Notes under the pieces: model-generated | Database searches by the model: none | The model's input: only the letters and a program-made list of their open reading frames with translations | Told to the model about the DNA's origin: nothing | Part shown: positions 21,878 to 28,897 of the stretch, piece after piece | How positions within the stretch are numbered: position 1 is the stretch's first letter | Layout of the letters: each line of letters starts with the position of its first letter | Position numbers and translations under genes: made by a program | NCBI GenBank assembly: GCA_000025185.1 | Contig: CP001848.1 | Span: forward strand, 5,370,001-5,402,000 | Direction of reading: 5' to 3' | Source: Pirellula staleyi DSM 6068 | Lineage (GTDB): Bacteria; Planctomycetota; Planctomycetia; Pirellulales; Pirellulaceae | Length of the DNA stretch: 32,000 nt

Positions 21878-22348
21878 ATGTCATCCAGTTCCTTGCCAAC
21901 CGGCTTGCAGTCAGCAGGTGCGCCTAAGAGTCCACCAGCGACGCTGGGGATTGTCGAGACGGCGCTCTATGTGCGCGATGTTGCCGTGGCGGCGACGTTT
22001 TACCAAAGGTTATTTGCTTTCGAAACGCTGCTGGCGTCTGATCGTCTGCACGCGCTCGGGGTCGGTGGTCGCGATGTGCTGCTCCTCTTTAAGGAAGGGG
22101 CGACTAGCGAGCCGTTTGCCACCTCGCGTGGCACAATTCCTGGCCATGCGGGGAGTGGTCCCACCCACTTTGCGTTTGCGATTCCGCTGGCGGATGTCGA
22201 AACTTGGCGAGCCTGGCTGACGGCCCAAGGTGTCGCGGTGGAGAGTGAAGTGACGTGGGAAGGGGAGGCCCGCAGCCTTTACTTTCGCGATCCCGACCAC
22301 AATCTTGTCGAGCTCATCACTCCAGGATTTTGGCGTGTTAGCTTTTGA
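21878..22348 (+). CDS. VOC-family (glyoxalase / bleomycin-resistance / dioxygenase fold) protein
   Basis: Track ORF 21857-22348 starts at TTG. I prefer ATG 21878, which has GGAGAAAG upstream. GIVETALYVRDVAVAATFYQRLF...THFAFAIPLADVETWRAWLTAQGVAV...SLYFRDPDHNLVELITPG is a typical VOC beta-alpha-beta-beta-beta pattern. Confidence 0.75.
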   Translation: MSSSSLPTGLQSAGAPKSPPATLGIVETALYVRDVAVAATFYQRLFAFETLLASDRLHALGVGGRDVLLLFKEGATSEPFATSRGTIPGHAGSGPTHFAFAIPLADVETWRAWLTAQGVAVESEVTWEGEARSLYFRDPDHNLVELITPGFWRVSF

Positions 22349-22654
22349 CTTTCCAGCTAAAATGCGAGGTGTTTTGGGTGGTTTTTCGCTCGAAATAGCT
22401 CGCTAGCGACAGAGCAACCAAGTGTCGAACTTTACATCAGCAGTGTCGATCGATTCGACAACTATTTCGTGTTTGATGTACAGCGCGGTACGATCTTTGA
22501 TTGACCTACAAGCTCGGCGCTGATGAAACAGCACTTCTCTGCTGCGTCTGCGCTCGTTGGCACACGCGTTGCTCCCAGCAGTTCTCCGCTGGGGGAAACC
22601 AACAGATTTGGCAACGGATCGTCACTCATCTCGCACATTGGCAAGGCACATTCT

Positions 22655-23779
22655 ATGAATCGCCGCTCAACATTTTCGCGCCGCATGTTCATTGCGACCT
22701 CGGCAGCCACCGCACTCGTCGCTCGGTTTTCGTCCCTCGCACTGGCCGACGATGCTGCTTCGTATGAAGCGGTCACGGGTAAGGCGATTGAATGGCTCGG
22801 GAGTCGTCAGGCCGACGATGGTTCGTTCAGCTCGCAAATCGGGAGTGGTCCTACCGCGATGGTGATCACGGCGCTGCTGCGACAAGGTCGCACGCCAGCC
22901 GACCCTGTGGTTGCAAAGGGGCTGAAGTATTTGGAAGGGACCGTGCAAACGACTGGTGGCATTCACGGCGCGAAGAGCCGCCTGCCTAACTATGAAACCT
23001 GCGTTGCGGTGGTTTGCTTTCAAGAGGCCAATGGCGATGGCAAGTACACCGAGATCATCAAAAAGGCCGATGCGTGGCTGCGTGGCAATCAGATTGATGG
23101 TGGTGACGCGAAGAAGCCGGAAGATTTCGACTACGGTGGAGCAGGTTACGGTGGACCTTCGCGTCCCGATTTGTCGAACACTTCGTACTTGCTCGACGCG
23201 CTGAAAGCAGCGGGCGCTGGCCCCGATGATGAAGCAGTTCAGAAAGCACTGATCTTTGTATCGCGTTGCCAGAACCTCGAATCTCCCGCGAACACCACGC
23301 CTTTTGCAAACAAAGTGAACGACGGTGGCTTCTACTACACGCCTGTGCTCTCGCAGCAAGATGCGACACGCGAATCGGATGCCAATGGTGGTTTGCGAAG
23401 CTATGGCTCGATGACCTATCACGGCCTAAAAAGCATGATTTATGCAGGGCTCACGAAAGAGGATCAGCGCGTGAAGGCGGCGCTCACCTGGGTGCAGAAG
23501 CACTACGATCTGACGAGCAACCCGGGCATGGGTGATGCCGGGCTATATTACTACTATCACACGTTCGCCAAAGCGCTAGCCACTTCGGGACTCGACGAAG
23601 TGGAAGATGCTGCGGGCAAAAAGCACAACTGGCGTGCCGATTTGGTGGCCGAACTTGCCAAGAAGCAAGAATCGAACGGCTCGTGGGTGAACAAGAACAA
23701 TCGCTGGATGGAAGGAGACGCCGTTCTCTGCACCGCGTTTGTGCTCCTCGCCTTGTCCTACGCCAAGCCCAAAGCTTAA
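22655..23779 (+). CDS. Prenyltransferase / squalene-oxidase (terpenoid cyclase-like) repeat protein with Tat-like signal
   Basis: Track ORF 22523-23779, trimmed to ATG 22655 (MNRRSTFSRRMFIATSAATALVARFSSLALA). It has alpha/alpha-toroid repeat motifs SRQADDGSF, VNDGGFYY and KKQESNGSW. Confidence 0.7.
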   Translation: MNRRSTFSRRMFIATSAATALVARFSSLALADDAASYEAVTGKAIEWLGSRQADDGSFSSQIGSGPTAMVITALLRQGRTPADPVVAKGLKYLEGTVQTTGGIHGAKSRLPNYETCVAVVCFQEANGDGKYTEIIKKADAWLRGNQIDGGDAKKPEDFDYGGAGYGGPSRPDLSNTSYLLDALKAAGAGPDDEAVQKALIFVSRCQNLESPANTTPFANKVNDGGFYYTPVLSQQDATRESDANGGLRSYGSMTYHGLKSMIYAGLTKEDQRVKAALTWVQKHYDLTSNPGMGDAGLYYYYHTFAKALATSGLDEVEDAAGKKHNWRADLVAELAKKQESNGSWVNKNNRWMEGDAVLCTAFVLLALSYAKPKA

Positions 23780-23831
23780 CGCTTAGCAAGCCATGCACGA
23801 TCGAGCGTCAATCGCTCGGATCCATCCCCAG

Positions 23832-23866
23832 AACGCCTCGAAAACAGGCTTTTTCGAGGCGTTTTT
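23832..23866. terminator. Bidirectional rho-independent terminator between convergent genes
   Basis: AACGCCTCGAAAA-CAGGCT-TTTTCGAGGCGTT forms a perfect 13-bp stem. T-runs follow it on both strands. It lies between stops at 23779 (+) and 23889 (-). Confidence 0.75.
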
Positions 23867-23888
23867 GCTTTCTTGAAGTGAATGGGCG

Positions 23889-25316
23889 CTACTTGGCAGC
23901 AGCCCGCAGTTCTTCAAACTTTTTGCGATACGTGGTCGCTATCTCTTGATGCTTCGCGCTGGCGATCAAGTTGGTCTGTTCCTGAGGATCAGCCGACAGA
24001 TCGTAAAGTTCCTCATAGTCCCATTCGGGCCAAAGTGTGTACTTGAACTTCCGATCAACGAGGGCCTGCGAACTGGGAATCCGATTTTTATTCGAGACCG
24101 TTCCATGCTCGTAGAAAAACGCTTGTCGCCACTGCTGCACCGCTGTGCGCCGCGCGGCATAAAGATCTGCGAGATCGCGCCCTTGCATGGTCGCGGGTGC
24201 TGGGATGCCTGCGGCTGCCAGAATGGTGGGAGCCAAATCGACATTCAGTGCGAACTCGTCGTTGGTCACCGGCACCGTGGTCTTCGTGCGGGGATCGCGG
24301 ATTAGTAGCGGAACCCGAATGCTCTCTTCGTAGGGATACCATTTGTCGGCGAGCATCCGTTCGCCATGAAAGTAGCCATTATCGGTGGTGAAGATCACGA
24401 GCGTGTTGTCGAGCAAGTTTTGCTGGCGCAATTGCTCGATCACTTTGCCACACACCGCGTCGACTTCGGTCGCCATGCGATAGTAGTTCTTCATCATCGT
24501 TTGATACTTCTCGGGAGTATCAAATCGCCAGTTAAATCGAACGCGACCTTCGTTGGCAGATGCCTGGAGGAAGGGGGGCAAATTGGCAAGCGCCTTCTCG
24601 GTCATCAGTTCCGGAATTGGAATCGAGACCTCTTCGTACAGCTTCATGCTCTCGGGCTGAGGCTGAAATTGATCGGGATGTCCATCCTCAGCATGCGTCG
24701 CGAAGAAGGCGAGCGTCAGGCAAAAGGGTTTGTCTTTCGGACGTTTCTCGAGAAACTCGAGTGCATCGAGTTCGTTCTGCTTCGTCACATGCACCGGTTC
24801 GCCACCCGGTTTTTTCAGCCAATGACGACCACTGTAGGAACGGCCGAAATCGTAGTTTTCTTCGGGAAATTTGCCGTTATGCCACTTCCCGATATGCCCC
24901 ACGTGATAGCCCCCCGCGCGGAGCAAACCGGGATAGGTTTCGCTCCAAGGGGTGGTGAACATTCCAAAGCCCTGGTTGCCGTGACGCGACATCCACTGCC
25001 CGGTGTAGAGTGTCGCGCGGCTGACACCGCAAATCGATGTGGTGACGCGGGCATTGGTGAACCGCACCCCCTCGCGCGCGAGGGCATCGAGCGATGGTGT
25101 CTTGACGATCGGATTTCCGGCACAGCCGAGCGTGTCGAAGCGCCAATCGTCGGCGTAGAGCACAAGAATGTTCATCGGTTTTGTCGACGATGGAGTCGCT
25201 GTCACATCGACCGACGTTTCATCAGCCGCTGCTATAATGCCGACGAGCATGAGGGCCGCAAAACTGCTAACTAGTCCCATCGAGAAGCGAGTGCTGGGGA
25301 GGGGAGTCACTGGCAT
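23889..25316 (-). CDS. Sulfatase (alkaline-phosphatase superfamily, formylglycine type) with signal peptide
   Basis: Track ORF with ATG 25316 and AGGAAAGGA immediately upstream. It has [13 protein letters not shown] (metal-binding DD), [16 protein letters not shown] (active-site Cys region), GKWH and IFTTDNG motifs. Confidence 0.85.
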   Translation of the reverse strand: MPVTPLPSTRFSMGLVSSFAALMLVGIIAAADETSVDVTATPSSTKPMNILVLYADDWRFDTLGCAGNPIVKTPSLDALAREGVRFTNARVTTSICGVSRATLYTGQWMSRHGNQGFGMFTTPWSETYPGLLRAGGYHVGHIGKWHNGKFPEENYDFGRSYSGRHWLKKPGGEPVHVTKQNELDALEFLEKRPKDKPFCLTLAFFATHAEDGHPDQFQPQPESMKLYEEVSIPIPELMTEKALANLPPFLQASANEGRVRFNWRFDTPEKYQTMMKNYYRMATEVDAVCGKVIEQLRQQNLLDNTLVIFTTDNGYFHGERMLADKWYPYEESIRVPLLIRDPRTKTTVPVTNDEFALNVDLAPTILAAAGIPAPATMQGRDLADLYAARRTAVQQWRQAFFYEHGTVSNKNRIPSSQALVDRKFKYTLWPEWDYEELYDLSADPQEQTNLIASAKHQEIATTYRKKFEELRAAAK

Positions 25317-25498
25317 TCCTTTCCTGAAAATCGAGCTTCGAACGTTGCTTGATGATAGCTGCTGGCAACGCAGGTTTCATCCGCGCGGTGTTAACTCGCC
25401 GAGTCAGCATCTCTTGACTCGCGCCGAACAATAGAAGTGCTATCCGATTTGCGCTCGAACCATTCGTCTACCGACACTTCGCTCGAAAGATTACCGCC

Positions 25499-25993
25499 GT
25501 GCCGAAAGTTCATCTGTTTGATCGCTCCGGAACCCTCGTAGGTCCAGTCGAGACCAATAAAGTGGTGAAATCCGACGAAGCGTGGCGCGCGCAGCTTTCG
25601 CCCGATCAATTTCGGGTCTTGCGCTGCCAAGGGACCGAGCGTCCTTTCTGCGGGGTGTTGCTCGACAACAAAAAATCGGGAGTTTACTGCTGTGCAGGCT
25701 GTCGACTCCCGCTCTTTTCGTCGCAATCGAAGTTTAATTCGGGAACGGGATGGCCGAGCTTTTTTGCTCCCATCGCGCCGGGCAATGTGGTGGAGCATGC
25801 CGATCATTCGCACGGGATGACACGTATCGAAATTGTGTGCGGACGTTGCGACGGCCACTTGGGGCATGTGTTTCCCGATGGTCCGCCCCCCACACGTTTG
25901 CGTTACTGCCTCAACAGCGAATCGCTCGATTTTGTTGACGACTCGGAGCTCACCTCACTGGCCGATCCCCTGGTGGAATCAGCCCAGCAGTAG
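25499..25993 (+). CDS. msrB: Peptide-methionine (R)-S-oxide reductase MsrB
   Basis: Track ORF with a GTG start. The Zn-site pairs are CAGC and CGRC. GTGWPSF, HLGHVFPDGP and the catalytic RYCLNS are all MsrB hallmarks. Confidence 0.9.
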   Translation: MPKVHLFDRSGTLVGPVETNKVVKSDEAWRAQLSPDQFRVLRCQGTERPFCGVLLDNKKSGVYCCAGCRLPLFSSQSKFNSGTGWPSFFAPIAPGNVVEHADHSHGMTRIEIVCGRCDGHLGHVFPDGPPPTRLRYCLNSESLDFVDDSELTSLADPLVESAQQ

Positions 25994-26087
25994 GGGCGAA
26001 ACGATTCCCCCCCGGCCTCGATTCTCGATGCCGATTCCTGTCCCAGAAGTTATCGACACGCTTATTCTCGACCGAAAGAAAACTACG

Positions 26088-26672
26088 ATGCCAGAACCTG
26101 ATGAATCAAGCTCTTCGCCCGTGAGCGCGACCAAGCAAGCGGTCTTCGCAGGAGGCTGTTTCTGGTGCACCGAGATGGCGTTTGAACAACTCGCCGGGGT
26201 GAGCGATGTGGCGAGTGGCTACATCGGTGGCTCGCCCGAGACAGCCAACTACGAAGCGGTTTGCACGGGTCGAACTGGCCATGCCGAAGCGATACGGATT
26301 ACGTACGATCCGGCGGTGATGACGTATCAAACGCTGCTCGATGTTTTCTTTACCGCGCACGATCCCACGACCCTCAACCGACAAGGGAACGACATCGGCA
26401 CGCAATATCGCTCGGCGATTTTCACGAGCGACGAAGCCGAACTTGCGGCAGCTCGAGCGACCATTGCACGGCTCGACGCGAGTGGAGCGCTGCCCAGTCG
26501 CATCGTCACCACGCTCGAGCCACTCACCGAGTTCTATCCGGCGGAAGACTATCACCAGGATTATGCTCGCGCGCATCCGAATCAGTCGTACATCATGCAC
26601 GTCTCGACGCCGAAAGCTTGCAAAGTACGGAACTACTTTCCCAAGCTCATTCGGCGAGAGTATCTCCCTTAG
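26088..26672 (+). CDS. msrA: Peptide-methionine (S)-S-oxide reductase MsrA
   Basis: This is the C-terminal 194 codons of track ORF 25833-26672, which overlaps msrB. The catalytic GGCFWC, GHAEAIRITYDP, NRQGNDIGTQYRSAIF and YHQDY motifs are present. The start is ambiguous between ATG 26088 and ATG 26028. Confidence 0.88.
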   Translation: MPEPDESSSSPVSATKQAVFAGGCFWCTEMAFEQLAGVSDVASGYIGGSPETANYEAVCTGRTGHAEAIRITYDPAVMTYQTLLDVFFTAHDPTTLNRQGNDIGTQYRSAIFTSDEAELAAARATIARLDASGALPSRIVTTLEPLTEFYPAEDYHQDYARAHPNQSYIMHVSTPKACKVRNYFPKLIRREYLP

Positions 26673-26699
26673 TGCATCTGCACCAGAGCGACTGCAGCA

Positions 26700-27494
26700 T
26701 CACTGTGGTGTGACGCGGAGCAAATAGGGATGCAGATCGCTGCCACGATCGGTGGCGTCGATCAGGCTGATGAGAATCGGGCCGTCGCTGGTGGGAGAGA
26801 ACGTCAGCTCGGGATCGCGCGACGTGGCCGAGCGATCGTCGCTGGTGGCGAGTAGCGCGCCGTTTTCACTGAACAGCTGCAACTGCAAATCGGCGACCGA
26901 TCCGCGCGCAGCAGCTTCAACATCCACCTTGTATTTCTGTCCCGCCTTGAGCTCGATTCGAAACACATCGACATCGTGCTGACGATGAATCGAGGCGACG
27001 ATAAACTTGCCAAGCTCCATTGCTTGCGATTGCCGGAACCCGTCGTTGGGTTCCACTTCCTTGAGCAATTGATCGGTCTTCAGGACACGAACCGACAGTG
27101 GCGCTGTCTTCCCTTTGTCGCATTCGATCGTCAGCTCGAACTGATCGGCCGCGAAATCGTCGGGAAGTTTCAGCTCGGCCTCGACCCGGTAATCGCCATG
27201 CAGATTCGGCGCGACACGATCGGGGGGTTTTGCCTCTTCTTGCTTTTTCACCGGCAAATCTTGCGAAAAATCGCCGCTGCGGAGCTGAACCTGCTTGGTG
27301 TTTTGCAGGTGCTGTCCACGAATATCGAGCGTCACCATTTCGCCTGGCGTGACGACGAGTGGCCGTACGAAAAGTACGACCGGCGCTGACTGCGGCTCTT
27401 GCGCAGGCAGCGTGGCTGAGAATATGGCCGCCAGGAGCGGTGCTGCTGCGACAGCAGCGAGCGAGCGACTCGCGCGACTAGCTATAGAGAGCAT
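26700..27494 (-). CDS. Secreted protein with C-terminal pre-peptidase C-terminal (PPC)-type domain; third gene of the DUF1549/1553-DUF1501 operon
   Basis: Track ORF 26700-27599, trimmed to ATG 27494 (MLSIASRASRSLAAVAAAPLLAAIFSATLPAQEP, a signal peptide). GGGAGAG lies ~9 nt upstream. The start overlaps the DUF1501 stop by 17 nt. The EPNDGFRQSQAM...DVDVFRIELKAGQ...ATSDD pattern resembles PPC (PF04151). Confidence 0.7.
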   Translation of the reverse strand: MLSIASRASRSLAAVAAAPLLAAIFSATLPAQEPQSAPVVLFVRPLVVTPGEMVTLDIRGQHLQNTKQVQLRSGDFSQDLPVKKQEEAKPPDRVAPNLHGDYRVEAELKLPDDFAADQFELTIECDKGKTAPLSVRVLKTDQLLKEVEPNDGFRQSQAMELGKFIVASIHRQHDVDVFRIELKAGQKYKVDVEAAARGSVADLQLQLFSENGALLATSDDRSATSRDPELTFSPTSDGPILISLIDATDRGSDLHPYLLRVTPQ

Positions 27495-28815
27495 GGATGC
27501 GCTCTCCCGAATCGAGAATTTCGAGCGGACGGCCATCGGGGGTATAGATTTGCTTGCGTGGCGAGATGCCGAGCGCCGTGTAGATCGTCGCCGCCACATC
27601 GGCTGGACTGGCAGGGTCTTTCACCACGTAGCCGCCGGTATCGTCAGTTGCGCCAATCACCTGACCAGGGTTCACCCCCGCACCGGCGAACAGCAGCGAG
27701 GCTGCAGGGCCCCAGTGATCGCGGCCAGCATCTTTGTTGATTTTCGGACTACGACCAAATTCCCCCATGCAAACGACGAGCGTTTCATCGAGCAGGCCGC
27801 GCGTATGAAGATCTTCGATGAGGGCCGAAAAACCTTGATCGAATTCGGGGAGCTTTTTGTCGAGCCCTTCGAAAATTTTGCCGTGGTGATCCCAGCCACC
27901 GTAGTTCACGGTGACGAACGTAACGCCCCCTTCGACAAGGCGACGGGCGAGTAGACAGCTTTGCCCAAACGTGGTGCGACCATAGCGATCGCGCGTTTCC
28001 AGTTTCTCGCGCTCGATGTCGAACGAGGCTTGCGCTTCGGGGGAGAGGATCATCTCGGCGGCCCGTTTTTGGAACTCGTCGTACGTTGCGATCTGATCGT
28101 TCCCTTGCACTTGACGCGCGAGCGAATCGACCGCCGAGAGCAAATTTTTACGCCGCACGAGGCTCGGCTCGCTTAACGTTTGCTGACGCGCGAGATCGCG
28201 CACTTTATAGCCGTTGCTGTTGGGATCGCCCGCCTTGAACGACTCGTAGCGACCACCAAGGAACGCGCTGCGTCCCAGTTCCCAAGTGAACGAAGGATTT
28301 TGCGGCACGGCGACATAGGGCGGGACAAGTCCCGAGAAACCGGTCTCGTGCGCGACCACGGCACCAACCGCGGGATAGTCTCCAAACGGACTTCCAAAGC
28401 GTCCCGACATCACCCAGTTGGTGGCCGTTTCGTGATGGTCGTTGTTGTGGGCACCGCCACGCACCAGGGCCACCTTGTCCATACACTGCGCCATCTTCGG
28501 CAGCTTTTCGCTGATCTGACAGCCGACGACATTGGTGTCGATCACACCATACTTGCCGCGCACTTCTTCAGCCGCCTTAGGCTTGGGATCAAAGGTATCG
28601 TGGTGCGACATGCCACCGCCGAGGTAGACCATGATCACCGACTTGGCTTTACGTGGCGGCGCTGCTTCGGCACCATCGGCGCGCGAAGCAAGCAGATGCG
28701 ACAGCGAAAGCCCCAGCGGAGCCAGGCATCCGACGCGAAGCATCTGACGACGGGTTCGCAGATGGGCAGGGCCCGCTGGAACCGACTTCTGCGATCCGAA
28801 CAGAATGTCGAGCAT
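27478..28815 (-). CDS. DUF1501-family protein (sulfatase/phosphatase-like fold) with Tat signal
   Basis: Track ORF with GGAGA 7 nt upstream of ATG 28815. It has LRTRRQMLRVG (Tat motif), KSVIMVYLGGGMSHHDTFDPKP and a C-terminal GRDHWG motif, as in DUF1501 proteins. Confidence 0.85.
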   Translation of the reverse strand: MLDILFGSQKSVPAGPAHLRTRRQMLRVGCLAPLGLSLSHLLASRADGAEAAPPRKAKSVIMVYLGGGMSHHDTFDPKPKAAEEVRGKYGVIDTNVVGCQISEKLPKMAQCMDKVALVRGGAHNNDHHETATNWVMSGRFGSPFGDYPAVGAVVAHETGFSGLVPPYVAVPQNPSFTWELGRSAFLGGRYESFKAGDPNSNGYKVRDLARQQTLSEPSLVRRKNLLSAVDSLARQVQGNDQIATYDEFQKRAAEMILSPEAQASFDIEREKLETRDRYGRTTFGQSCLLARRLVEGGVTFVTVNYGGWDHHGKIFEGLDKKLPEFDQGFSALIEDLHTRGLLDETLVVCMGEFGRSPKINKDAGRDHWGPAASLLFAGAGVNPGQVIGATDDTGGYVVKDPASPADVAATIYTALGISPRKQIYTPDGRPLEILDSGERIHALYS

Positions 28816-28897
28816 AGGAAACGTCTCCGACGTGATCTTAGTAATTGGATGCGGTGGTTTAGGAGGCTGGATTGTTGGTTGTGTCGCTGCGTTTCAA

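Noticed and set aside
25391-25867. 158-aa minus-strand ORF in the sulfatase/msrB region
   Set aside because: It is antisense to msrB, arginine-rich and without motifs.
25833-26087. The MsrA frame is open for 255 nt upstream and overlaps msrB by 161 nt; possible MsrB-MsrA fusion by frameshifting
   Set aside because: I saw no slippery heptamer or stimulatory structure at the overlap. The upstream translation (MCADVATATWGMCFPMVRPPHV...) is non-homologous filler. Both enzymes are complete as separate proteins, and the open frame is most simply a GC-content artefact.
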